From a virus (lineage: Duplodnaviria; Caudoviricetes): DNA of 64,000 bases. How positions within the stretch are numbered: the first letter of the stretch is position 1; each line of letters begins with the position of its first letter. The notes under the pieces are model-generated. The model had not been told where the DNA came from. It made no database searches and saw only the letters and a program-made list of their open reading frames with translations. Of this stretch, positions 19,535 to 28,059 are shown piece by piece. Made by a program: the position numbers and the translations under genes. The DNA lies in the IMG/VR virus record IMGVR_UViG_3300010348_001841; one strand, written 5' to 3'.

Positions 19535-19717
19535 TTAATAGTAACGCTCGAAGAGACTTACCTGACGCTTCTGATGGTATTCTCGTTCAAGACGGTCAAC
19601 ATCTTCAACCGACTGTGGATTACCCGCAGCAATATATGCCTCGAGGTTATCGTGATATGTAGGAGATGTAAAAATTTCTTTCAATAATTCAAAAATATTA
19701 GGAATGTTCATGTTCAT
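19535..19717 (-). CDS. small DUF3563-like protein
   Basis: LEAYIAAGNPQSVEDVDRLERE motif; GAGG RBS. Confidence 0.55.
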   Translation of the reverse strand: MNMNIPNIFELLKEIFTSPTYHDNLEAYIAAGNPQSVEDVDRLEREYHQKRQVSLFERYY

Positions 19718-19782
19718 ATTTGCCTCTTAGTGTTTACACTAATATTTATACTGCATTGCAGCAAAATTGTCAAATATGTTAT

Positions 19783-19856
19783 TGGTAGTCGGTGCGAGAA
19801 TCGAACTCACGAATGCGGCGTATGAAACCACTGTTATACCACTTAACTAACCGACC
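19783..19856 (-). tRNA. tRNA-Met/Ile2(CAT)
   Basis: Loop TTCATAC, CCA. Confidence 0.85.
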
Positions 19857-19863
19857 ATAAAAT

Positions 19864-19956
19864 TGGCGGACCTCGATGGATTTGAACCATAACCCCGGCC
19901 GGGATCAAATATGTTTCACAGTGATTTGCGTGTTCGCCCATACACTTCGAAGGTCC
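19864..19956 (-). ncRNA. non-canonical tRNA, Ser-like body with 13-nt anticodon loop
   Basis: Long acceptor, 4-bp T stem, V-arm, G73-CCA; loop CACTGTGAAACAT. Confidence 0.6.
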
Positions 19957-19962
19957 ATGTTT

Positions 19963-20038
19963 TGGTGCCGCCTCCTGGGATCGAACCAGGTTCCTATGCT
20001 CTTCAGGCATCTGTGAGGACCACCTTCACCAAAGCGGC
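19963..20038 (-). tRNA. tRNA-Phe(GAA)
   Basis: Loop CTGAAGA, CCA. Confidence 0.85.
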
Positions 20039-20048
20039 TTAATATATC

Positions 20049-20112
20049 GGAATGCTTTTTTTGCGTTTTCAAATTACAAGTTTGATGCTTTTTATTTTGC
20101 TGAACGCATTCC
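20049..20112 (-). ncRNA. CAGCAA-stem RNA copy 2 (isolated Thr TGT anticodon stem-loop)
   Basis: GGAATGC/GCATTCC stem, TTCAGCAA, TCAAA-CTTGTAA-TTTGA. Confidence 0.75.
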
Positions 20113-20175
20113 TTAAAAATTGGCGTGTCTCGACGATAATTTTCGTCCGAGGCTGTAGACAGCAAGACACATAAC

Positions 20176-20249
20176 TGGTGCGGGCTAGGGGAATCGAACC
20201 CCTGACTACTGGTTGGCAACCAATAATTATACCATTTAACTAAGCACGC
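20176..20249 (-). tRNA. tRNA-Gly(GCC)
   Basis: Loop TTGCCAA, CCA. Confidence 0.85.
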
Positions 20250-20255
20250 ATTATA

Positions 20256-20348
20256 TGGCGGGGAAAGGGTCGTGTCGATCGCCTACCTGTTCTTCACAAG
20301 TACATCTGTTTTCAAGACAGTGACGGAGGCCGCTCCGCATCATTCCCC
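20256..20348 (-). tRNA. tRNA-Ser(TGA) with 8/4-like fold
   Basis: Loop CTTGAAA; 8-bp acceptor, 6-bp D stem, 7-bp V-arm, G73. Confidence 0.75.
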
Positions 20349-20411
20349 ATAATAGATTTGACGGACTGCTTTGCCATTTTCGTAGCAGCCAACGATGGCG
20401 TCATCAAATTT

Positions 20412-20489
20412 TGGTACCCGGATAGAGAATCGAACTCTACACTTGCCTACTTGTAAGGAAGGTGGCTTCACCAGCTGCACTCTCCGGGC
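20412..20489 (-). tRNA. tRNA-Val(TAC)
   Basis: Loop CTTACAA, CCA. Confidence 0.75.
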
Positions 20490-20499
20490 ATATTCGTTT

Positions 20500-20573
20500 A
20501 CGCTATACAGGATTCGAACCTGCGACCTCCACCGTTGCGGGGTGGTGTTCTGGGCCTCTGAACTAATAGGCGT
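20500..20573 (-). pseudogene. tRNA-like gene, GCA anticodon with C33, bulged acceptor, no CCA
   Basis: CCACC-CCGCAAC-GGTGG; GCAGG-TTCGAAT-CCTGT. Confidence 0.6.
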
Positions 20574-20614
20574 CTCTGTATAAAACCAATGTATACAACA
20601 TTGATAATAGTGAA

Positions 20615-20690
20615 TGGTGCCGCGTGATGGATTCGAACCACCCACGCCAGGTTCTTCAGACCTGCGCTCTACCACCTGAGCTAACGCGGC
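20615..20690 (-). tRNA. tRNA-Phe(GAA)
   Basis: Loop CTGAAGA, CCA. Confidence 0.9.
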
Positions 20691-20994
20691 ATATTAGTGC
20701 TATCTTTGATAATCCTGATGGATAGCGGCACCAATGGATGCCAGACATCTAGTCCACAGCCCGGCGATTACATTTTGGTGGACACGCCGTGGAGTCGAAC
20801 CACGTAAACCTATTATCTGGTATCATCCCGAGCACGGCCCATAAATCAAAAGTTTATACAATACGCCACCTGGCCCCTTCCGGGTTTGGACTTACACCTT
20901 GCTTCCAGGCTATTTATCGGCAGAATTTGAACCATTAACCTGAGCGAATGTATAAACTACAGCATCACGAGTGTCTTTCGTGACTCTGCGCTGT

Positions 20995-21072
20995 TGGTAC
21001 CCACGGACGGATTCGAACCGACACTGTACAGGTTTTGAATCTGCTGCCTCCTACCTATTGCGCTACGTGGGC
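20995..21072 (-). tRNA. tRNA-Leu(CAA), short variable region
   Basis: Loop TTCAAAA, CCA. Confidence 0.85.
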
Positions 21073-21073
21073 A

Positions 21074-21517
21074 TTATTTCTTAACTGCAATCATGATAAC
21101 AACACATCCAGATTCGTTATCTTCTAACGTCATTGAATGAATTTTTTCATGATTGAACTCATACATGTTGAATAATTCAACTTCGGCGGTCTCATCTTCT
21201 GCTGTAATCACCGAACGACCCGAGGGCAACACAACAGGAATAACGTATGTTTTTGGCTCAAAAACCGTCGGATCTAGCAGGTCAACATGTGGCTCTGCGC
21301 CCCGACACACACTAAAATAGACATAGTCTAATTTATTCACTGCTACGCCTACAGCCATTGAGACATTAAATAACATCTCAACATCGGCACCATCAATGCG
21401 CCTAATCTGAAATTTAGCAGGGGTGTTTGTTTTGTAATTCTCAAACTTGATTGTATCCGCATTAGCTACAATCTCTTTCGGAATAAAAACTTTGCCGTGA
21501 TTGATAATTTTATTCAT
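21074..21517 (-). CDS. cupin/2OG-Fe(II) oxygenase-like protein
   Basis: PHVD...IHSM metal-ligand pattern in a beta-rich protein. Confidence 0.5.
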   Translation of the reverse strand: MNKIINHGKVFIPKEIVANADTIKFENYKTNTPAKFQIRRIDGADVEMLFNVSMAVGVAVNKLDYVYFSVCRGAEPHVDLLDPTVFEPKTYVIPVVLPSGRSVITAEDETAEVELFNMYEFNHEKIHSMTLEDNESGCVVIMIAVKK

Positions 21518-21568
21518 AATATTTGGAGCCGGCATGTGGATTCACACATGGATCACCCGGCATTGATC

Positions 21569-21645
21569 TGGACGCTAGGGTGGGAATCGAACCCACTCTT
21601 TTTACTGTTTTGCAGACAGCTACCTTCCCAATCGGCCACCTAGCG
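21569..21645 (-). tRNA. tRNA-Cys(GCA)
   Basis: Loop CTGCAAA, U73, CCA. Confidence 0.85.
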
Positions 21646-22032
21646 GTTCTGTTTATAGAGGTAACGACAAATTTTCGCATGCTCCCGTCTTCTTTCATAC
21701 GGACCCACATACACCTTTATCGGCTTCCTTGCCCCGGCGGGGTGGGATGAAACCGGCTTAGTTACATATAGAATTCGTTGCAACGGTATCTATTTTGAAG
21801 TGAGACACTTTTGGATTGACCTGTTGTATCAGCCTACGCTGCGTCGCTCTCAAAATTATAACGTGACGATCGTTGCGGGTCAACCGCGACCTCGGAGACC
21901 AACATTGTTAAGAGGTTTCTTCCGCGCTCTATTCTGAGCTAAACGATCTAAAATTGAATGAAGCACATCGTACAACGTGCGCCCTTCTGAGGTCTTAAAC
22001 AGCGTCCCGTACACGCCGATATGCTTCAAACT

Positions 22033-22106
22033 TGGGGTGAAACCGGGAATCGAACCCTGGCCTACTGTTTCACAGACAGTCTTGCTACCACTACACTAGA
22101 ATCACC
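22033..22106 (-). tRNA. tRNA-His(GTG)
   Basis: Loop CTGTGAA; G-1:C73. Confidence 0.9.
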
Positions 22107-22241
22107 ATAGAATCAAAATTCAGAGTAACCTTATAGGAACACCAATAACCGTAGAACGGCGCCTACATCTTCTTGCAGATGCTCTCAAGGAGCCACAAAC
22201 TCAAGATGTTTTTGTTAAACTAAAAGTATCTGAAATATAAC

Positions 22242-22357
22242 AGGTTCGCATTTATATCCTACCATTAGACGACAGTGGTGACCAACTCCACCGCTGGGAT
22301 TCGAACCCAGATCTTCTTTTTTACAGAAAGAATAATTTTGGCTGCTGAAACGAACCT
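22242..22357 (-). ncRNA. CAGCAA-stem RNA copy 3 (complete circularly permuted tRNA-Tyr-like domain)
   Basis: AGGTTCG/CGAACCT stem; order is anticodon arm (CTGTAAA), T arm, looped acceptor, D arm. Confidence 0.8.
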
Positions 22358-22374
22358 AAAGGTCAAATAAAATC

Positions 22375-22476
22375 GGGATGGGTGACAAAAGCCGGGACTC
22401 GAACCCTATCGTCACACCCCCAGCGGGCCGGCTCGCAGAAGTTTTGGTTGCGAATTTAGATTGCTGCAATCATCCC
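22375..22476 (-). ncRNA. CAGCAA-stem RNA copy 4
   Basis: GGGATG/CATCCC stem, TTGCAGCAA, GGG-TTCGAGT-CCC T loop. Confidence 0.7.
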
Positions 22477-22485
22477 TTAGAAAAT

Positions 22486-22923
22486 TTATGTCAGGATCAA
22501 CGAAGTTGTCCTACTTAACTCTTCAATCAATTCGTCGACCGAATAAAAAACTCCAGTTGCAAATTGATACATTACATCCCACCGATCCGGATCATCAAGT
22601 AAAATATATCCGGGTTTACCTGTTCCAATCACGTATCCAAGTTCAAGGTGAGCTGACTTACCTGCTGGAAGAGCCAGTACTGCTATCTCATTCCTATCAA
22701 GGTGATGTTTATCAAATTCATAAACATGTTTTGCAGCATAACCCTGCAAGCCCTGTTTATAGTTATTTCCCTTTGCAATCTCATATTTTTGCCAATAATC
22801 GTCTGCTTCGGGTCCTGCAGCATACCAGTCATCAAACACCTCATGGCCGGCTGCTCTTAACTTTGACGCAATGGTTCCAATTTGCGGATTACGCAAAGAA
22901 CCGATAAGATAAATTTTTGACAT
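22486..22923 (-). CDS. nucleoside 2-deoxyribosyltransferase-like protein
   Basis: KIYLIGSLRN, FDKHHLD, GKSAHLELGY; own TTGACA-type promoter at about 22941-22969. Confidence 0.65.
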   Translation of the reverse strand: MSKIYLIGSLRNPQIGTIASKLRAAGHEVFDDWYAAGPEADDYWQKYEIAKGNNYKQGLQGYAAKHVYEFDKHHLDRNEIAVLALPAGKSAHLELGYVIGTGKPGYILLDDPDRWDVMYQFATGVFYSVDELIEELSRTTSLILT

Positions 22924-22975
22924 CTTTTCTCCTTTTAAAGAGCATAGCACACGAAATGCCTGATGTCAAATTGTC

Positions 22976-23053
22976 TGGTACCCAAGGAGGGATTCGAACC
23001 CACACTGTACGGTTTCTAAGACCGGTGCCTCCTACCTATTGCGCTACTTGGGC
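22976..23053 (-). tRNA. tRNA-Leu(TAG), short variable region
   Basis: Loop CTTAGAA, CCA. Confidence 0.85.
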
Positions 23054-23129
23054 ATTATATTTTCGAAGTAGGTACCCGTCTGCCAACCCACTGTGGATCC
23101 AGCAGAACACCCACGTATACTTCAAATTA

Positions 23130-23204
23130 TGGCGGGCCATCAAGGATTCGAACCCTGACCGACAGTTTTGGAGACTGGTATGCTGCCAATTACACTAATG
23201 ACCC
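23130..23204 (-). tRNA. tRNA-Trp(CCA)
   Basis: Loop CTCCAAA, G73, CCA. Confidence 0.9.
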
Positions 23205-23279
23205 ATATAGTATTGGGCTTCCCACCCAAGTTGTCTGTTGCCTAGGGCATTATTCAGGTTTACAGATAATCTATCATTT

Positions 23280-23355
23280 TGGCTCCACGACTAGGATTCG
23301 AACCTAGCTCATTCGGTTAACAGCCGAGGGTACTCACCAAGAATACTATCGTGGA
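23280..23355 (-). tRNA. tRNA-Asn(GTT)
   Basis: Loop CTGTTAA, G73, CCA. Confidence 0.9.
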
Positions 23356-23362
23356 ATAATCT

Positions 23363-23974
23363 TTATAAAATATTCAAATCTCTCAAATCTTTATGCATAA
23401 GGACAGTCAATTGTTTCTCTTTAGGAAACTGTGACCATTTTGCACTATCTTTTTCGGTTTTATAACCTTTTATCTCTACATATTCATTTGTCTCTGGAAG
23501 ATAAAAATCTGGAGTATATCTTCTTATTTTATTCTCAAACTCATAAACAAATGATTCAGTATTTCTTTTCCAAAGTGTACCTAGTCTATCAAGGTAACGC
23601 ACATACGCCACTTCCCATGATCCGTGCAAATCTACACCATTGTAATCTATATGCATGCGCCTTGCCAACGATGTATGCCATTCATTATTGACAACCTTTT
23701 TGGCTATTGTGTCTTTTCTTTTTTGTTTTGTTTCTAGAGATTCTTTTTTATTCTTTATCTTGGCAGCATTTGACATTTTGCTTTTGGATTCAACTGTGGC
23801 TGTTTGACAGCGAATATCACCGGAAAGTCCAGTATTCCAGGCCCTCTGTCCTTTGCGATTTCCAGTTGCCCATTCGGATGGGTCTTTTCTTGTAGGATTT
23901 AGTTTACAGAAAACTTCGTGTGCCCTATGAGACTTTATACTTACGCACACCTTGTTACAATATTTGCAATGCAT
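23363..23974 (-). CDS. Zn-finger plus PD-(D/E)XK freestanding endonuclease
   Basis: CKYC..HEVFC; GSWE, YTPDFY..YVEIKG. Confidence 0.8.
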   Translation of the reverse strand: MHCKYCNKVCVSIKSHRAHEVFCKLNPTRKDPSEWATGNRKGQRAWNTGLSGDIRCQTATVESKSKMSNAAKIKNKKESLETKQKRKDTIAKKVVNNEWHTSLARRMHIDYNGVDLHGSWEVAYVRYLDRLGTLWKRNTESFVYEFENKIRRYTPDFYLPETNEYVEIKGYKTEKDSAKWSQFPKEKQLTVLMHKDLRDLNIL

Positions 23975-24195
23975 CTTCTATTTATCAAACTAAGTCCAGT
24001 CCATGCACCAAGCTCGGGTTTCGCGGAATAGAATATTTCGGAGTAGCAGCGGGGTAGTCCCAAATGACAATCCACATACTCCTGCTCATAACCAATGTGG
24101 CCACATTGGTACATGCATTTAGATTGATGCATATAGGAATCGAACCTAGTCCCACAGCCCTAGTCGAGCTTAGCCTCCAAGGAATACATCAAATT

Positions 24196-24271
24196 TGGTG
24201 TCCAGAGTAGGACTCAAACCTATAACCGCTCGCCTATCAAGCAAGTGCTCTATCAATTGAGCTATCCGAGC
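24196..24271 (-). tRNA. tRNA-Ile(GAT), divergent
   Basis: Loop TTGATAG; mismatched acceptor; CCA. Confidence 0.7.
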
Positions 24272-24272
24272 A

Positions 24273-24584
24273 TTATATCTTGCCCTTAAGGGCATTTACG
24301 GTCTCTTCTTCGGGAATATCGCTATAGCGCGGAATCTCCGGATCATATCGACCGTTTAACCATCTATAAATGGTACTTTGATAAAGCTGAGAATTCATAG
24401 CCTCTTTCTCAAGCTTAATATATGATGGCAAACTAAGGGTACACTGCACATCCATGCGTCTTTTACCCTTATTGGATTCAAATAAATGGAAATAAATCTG
24501 TCCCGGTATCTTCTCAAACTTAATATCGATTGAGAGAGATTTTACCAGACGCCAATCATCTTTCCAAAAATTGTACCAGGCCAT
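24273..24584 (-). CDS. hypothetical protein
   Basis: AGGA RBS, 103 aa. Confidence 0.6.
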   Translation of the reverse strand: MAWYNFWKDDWRLVKSLSIDIKFEKIPGQIYFHLFESNKGKRRMDVQCTLSLPSYIKLEKEAMNSQLYQSTIYRWLNGRYDPEIPRYSDIPEEETVNALKGKI

Positions 24585-24674
24585 AATATATCCTAAGTAG
24601 GAAATGGATGGGAATCACCAGCCCCACATCTACCGAAAGGTTGTTTTTGATCACTAAACTACCACTATACTTTC

Positions 24675-24749
24675 TGGAGCGGATAGCGGGAATCGAACCC
24701 GCGCCATCAGTTTGGAAGACTGTTATGCTACCACTAACACCACACCCGC
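24675..24749 (-). tRNA. tRNA-Gly(TCC)
   Basis: Loop CTTCCAA, U73, CCA. Confidence 0.9.
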
Positions 24750-24878
24750 ATAATTGCTGCCGGGTCATTTCTAACGCGATGCACCGACACCCGCGACTTA
24801 CGGGTGGGTGTACATGTACAAGGTCGGCCCACCTATCTTATGTTCTCACCTGGCACCTTTCGATGCCAGGATTTTTCT

Positions 24879-25907
24879 TTAGGCCGGCACGCCGACCCAA
24901 ATCATCAGGCCCATGCCCTTGGTCAACTTACGATTGATCGACGTGGATTGCACGTAGATTTCGTAATTGGCATGATTGCCCGGGGCAAGCTTAACATCGC
25001 CGGTGTGCGGAAGACCGAGCAGATCTCGCGCATTGAAGCCGCTGTAAACTGCACCAGTTGTCTTCTCACGGATGGCAATTTGCTTATAGCCTTGAACAGT
25101 CTCAGTCTTCTTCAGTTCGTAAAAAGCACAGCCCTTAACAAAGGTAACGCCTTGCGCTTCAACGAAATCACGAATCTGCGAACCATCCCATTGATCATCC
25201 ACTTCGTAAACATCAACCTGTTTGGAGATGTCAACAAGTTCAGACTTCACTTCCTTAAGTGTCACAGAACTCAGATCAGCATAGAACTTATCTGTGCTGT
25301 TGATGCCTGCTGCCTTTGCAGCATAGAAACCTCTGAATGCACTCTTAGTCAACGTAGTCGACTGAATCATTCCGCGCTCGCTCTGCTCCCATTCTTGGAT
25401 GTTGCCCTCTGGAATACCATAGCGAACAAGTTGTTGCTTATATCCTGCAGGAACACGAAACACAAACGTCCAACGATCGGTCATTTGCAGTTTCTTGATC
25501 AGTTTAGCGATATCATTACCGCTATACTTTCTGCTGGCGTTTTCGCCACCGTCTGTGGTAGTAAAGACCACAAAAGATACACCGGGATCATCGGCATCAG
25601 GAACGGCCTGCAGTTGTTCAACAAGTTCACCGACCGCATCAAAAAGTGGAGTACCGCGACCACGTGCGCTATAACTGGATTCGCCAATCGGCTTCAATGC
25701 CGAGACAGACGAGTTACTAACAACAGTGCGCACCTTATCGGTGTCACCGTATCCAAGTTCAACAACCGACACAATGGTATCGATGCCATGATTGGATGCT
25801 TCTTCTTTAATCGAAGAAATATTGTCATTGTAATCAACGGCAGCATGGCGTGCAATATGTGCCATAGAGCCCGAATGATCTCGTGCAAAACCGATGTAAT
25901 TCTTCAT
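24879..25907 (-). CDS. von Willebrand factor A (MIDAS) domain protein
   Basis: DHSGSM, GTPLFDAV, TTDGGENAS. Confidence 0.8.
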   Translation of the reverse strand: MKNYIGFARDHSGSMAHIARHAAVDYNDNISSIKEEASNHGIDTIVSVVELGYGDTDKVRTVVSNSSVSALKPIGESSYSARGRGTPLFDAVGELVEQLQAVPDADDPGVSFVVFTTTDGGENASRKYSGNDIAKLIKKLQMTDRWTFVFRVPAGYKQQLVRYGIPEGNIQEWEQSERGMIQSTTLTKSAFRGFYAAKAAGINSTDKFYADLSSVTLKEVKSELVDISKQVDVYEVDDQWDGSQIRDFVEAQGVTFVKGCAFYELKKTETVQGYKQIAIREKTTGAVYSGFNARDLLGLPHTGDVKLAPGNHANYEIYVQSTSINRKLTKGMGLMIWVGVPA

Positions 25908-25970
25908 GTATGCCTTTCTGTGTGGTTAGGTTGTCCGTATACTTTATAAGCATACCTATAACCTGTCAAA

Positions 25971-26090
25971 TGGTGCCGCCCCCGGGAATCGAACGCCGGT
26001 CCTACTCCTTGTCATGGATGGAATAGATTGCTGAACGTATCCTTATCAGGATCACCTTTTTAGTTGTGCTACCATTACACTAAGGCGACA
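25971..26090 (-). ncRNA. CAGCAA-stem RNA copy 5: tRNA with the motif hairpin inserted between D and anticodon arms
   Basis: TGTCGCC/GGCGGCA acceptor plus CCA, D arm, insert GATCCT-GATA-AGGATACGTTCAGCAA, loop ATGACAA, T loop. Confidence 0.75.
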
Positions 26091-26199
26091 TTATTGTGGA
26101 GCACCCGGCTAATATAGAATAGTGATTAGGACGGAGGCATAGAATTGGGCGTTCCAGAGGAAATATAACGATAGCGATCTCTGTCCGGAACATTAAAAA

Positions 26200-26275
26200 T
26201 GGTAGGCTGCCAGGGAGTCGAACCCTGCTGGTACCGGGTAAGAGCCGGTTACATCTGCCGCTCTGTCAACAGCCC
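26200..26275 (-). tRNA. tRNA-Lys(CTT)
   Basis: Loop CTCTTAC, CCA. Confidence 0.85.
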
Positions 26276-26284
26276 ATTAATTGG

Positions 26285-26358
26285 TGGTATCCTGTACGGG
26301 AGTCAAACCCGCCTAAACTGGGTGAAAGCCAGGTGGCCTCTCGGAAGCCTAACAGGAT
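26285..26358 (-). tRNA. tRNA-Glu(TTC), divergent
   Basis: Loop CTTTCAC, atypical D loop, CCA. Confidence 0.75.
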
Positions 26359-26366
26359 ATAGAATT

Positions 26367-26440
26367 TGGTTGTCCCACAAGGTATCGATCCTTGGTCTCT
26401 CGATTATCAGTCGAGTGCTCTACCATTGAGCTATGGGACA
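26367..26440 (-). tRNA. tRNA-Ile(GAT)
   Basis: Loop CTGATAA, CCA. Confidence 0.9.
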
Positions 26441-26444
26441 AATA

Positions 26445-27026
26445 TTATCTTTTATAACATTTATCAAAATGCCATCTCTTCATTACATTATTTCCACCAA
26501 TTATTCCGCAAACAGGACATGTTATGGTCGAATGCACGATATTTTCTCTTTTCTTTCTATTTGGATACTTACGACCCTTTGTGCTTTTTCTTTCAGACTT
26601 TTTTACACCTGTTGAAATATTCTTCTTATGCTCTTCAGATTTGGGTATGCCCGGTGCTCCAGATCCCGGGGATGATATTCCTTTATTCCAGCCGCCTGTT
26701 GATGCCTTGATGCCTTTATTCCAACTTGGTCGACCAGGTGATGCACCATCTAAACCATTTTCTATATCTAGATTGGCCCATTTGTCAGATTTTACAATAT
26801 CAAAGAATTCAGAAATAAATGTCGCAGCTTCTATAAGATTTTCCATATTTAGAAACTGCTCGGCCCATATAGTTTCGATTTCTCTGCCGTGCTTCTTTAT
26901 ATGTTTTACCCAATACTTTCCAGAACCCAAATATTTATAAGGATCTTTTCGTGTTGTTTTTCCGAAATACAGAAGGCCGGTCTGTTTATGTTTCTTTATA
27001 TAAAGATATGTAGGAATAAATATCAT
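26445..27026 (-). CDS. GIY-YIG-like homing endonuclease
   Basis: YLYIKKH..GLLYFGKT..YLGSG; ENGLDG; C-terminal CPVC..RWHFDKC. Confidence 0.8.
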   Translation of the reverse strand: MIFIPTYLYIKKHKQTGLLYFGKTTRKDPYKYLGSGKYWVKHIKKHGREIETIWAEQFLNMENLIEAATFISEFFDIVKSDKWANLDIENGLDGASPGRPSWNKGIKASTGGWNKGISSPGSGAPGIPKSEEHKKNISTGVKKSERKSTKGRKYPNRKKRENIVHSTITCPVCGIIGGNNVMKRWHFDKCYKR

Positions 27027-27073
27027 ACTGTATTTATCTTTTACCAACTGAGCTAAAATCCCGGCATGCGTTA

Positions 27074-27340
27074 TTAATGCTGCACGGATCCTTTGAAATC
27101 AGTGAATTTGTATCTTATTACAACTACCAGACAAGCAATGTTGAGTGCGTAGTTAAAGAGCAATGGCCAATCTTTCTTTGGAAAAATATAGGCAGCGGTT
27201 AGCAATTCACCCACTAACCACATTGCGAGAAATAAATTTGAAATGCCCCTGGAATGCTTTTGTTTATACGATTGCCAGGCTAAAGGAATAGCACACAATG
27301 CAAGTAAAACACTTCCAATCCAACCAATAATGCTTATCAT
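27074..27340 (-). CDS. PQ-loop/SemiSWEET-like membrane protein
   Basis: Three TM helices; IGWIGSVLLALCAIP..GIS..WPLLFNY. Confidence 0.7.
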   Translation of the reverse strand: MISIIGWIGSVLLALCAIPLAWQSYKQKHSRGISNLFLAMWLVGELLTAAYIFPKKDWPLLFNYALNIACLVVVIRYKFTDFKGSVQH

Positions 27341-27610
27341 AATGAAAAGTATAATGATAGCTGATCTTAAACTATCCTGCGACCAAGCAAGGTATTCGGG
27401 CTATACATCTCGGGTCTTCAAAACCGTGTTCTATTTAGTGGACTGCCATCCACAGGCCCTATCAGTAATATAGTACGACGCTGGCAGGCCATCGTAATAC
27501 ATCATATCATTAATCGGAAAGTTAGGTTCGGGTTTCATCACTTACCGTCGTGTTATGCTTTCGCAGAGCGATCCGGGATAGTACCGACTTTATAATTACT
27601 CTAACTAATA

Positions 27611-27689
27611 TGGTCTGGGATGCAAGATTCGAACTTGCGACCTCTCACTTCCAAGGCGAGCCGTCTGACCTGACTGACAATAATCCCAG
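27611..27689 (-). tRNA. tRNA-Pro(TGG)
   Basis: Loop CTTGGAA, C1:G72, A73. Confidence 0.85.
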
Positions 27690-27695
27690 AATGTT

Positions 27696-27774
27696 TGGTC
27701 TCCGATGAGGGATTCGAACTCTCATTGTGTCACACCCCAAATGTGCTGCCATAACCTGGTTAGGCGAATCGGAG
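27696..27774 (-). tRNA. tRNA-Pro(TGG)
   Basis: Loop TTTGGGG, CCA. Confidence 0.85.
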
Positions 27775-27834
27775 AAATTATTAGAAGCGTAGGGAGCGTC
27801 ATGAGCCGATTATACATTCTTCTAAACTAAAAAA

Positions 27835-27910
27835 TGGTGCTCCCACAGGGAATCGAACCCCAATCTACGGACTACAAAACCGTCATAATCAGCCATTATA
27901 CTATAGGAGC
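27835..27910 (-). tRNA. tRNA-Thr(TGT)
   Basis: Loop TTTGTAG, CCA. Confidence 0.85.
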
Positions 27911-27920
27911 AAAACTAAAC

Positions 27921-27976
27921 AGAATACGCATTTGCTTTCATTTACCGTGAAATTTTATATTTGCAGTAGGTATTCT
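27921..27976 (-). ncRNA. CAGCAA-stem RNA copy 6 (CTGCAA variant, anticodon-like hairpin)
   Basis: AGAATAC/GTATTCT stem; TTTCA-CGGTAAA-TGAAA. Confidence 0.7.
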
Positions 27977-27983
27977 TTAAAAC

Positions 27984-28059
27984 TGGCGCCGTAGAAGGGA
28001 ATCGAACCCTCTTGAATCCGCTAGACAGGCGGTTGCACTCTCCAAAATGCGACTACGGC
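27984..28059 (-). tRNA. tRNA-Asp(GTC)
   Basis: Loop CTGTCTA (U37), G73, CCA. Confidence 0.8.

Noticed and set aside
20256-20348. Selenocysteine tRNA
   Set aside because: The fold is Sec-like but the anticodon is TGA (reads Ser UCA), not TCA
24879-25907. vWA protein as the Ro60/TROVE partner of the CAGCAA RNAs
   Set aside because: The vWA domain is N-terminal and there is no large helical TROVE ring; adjacency alone is not evidence
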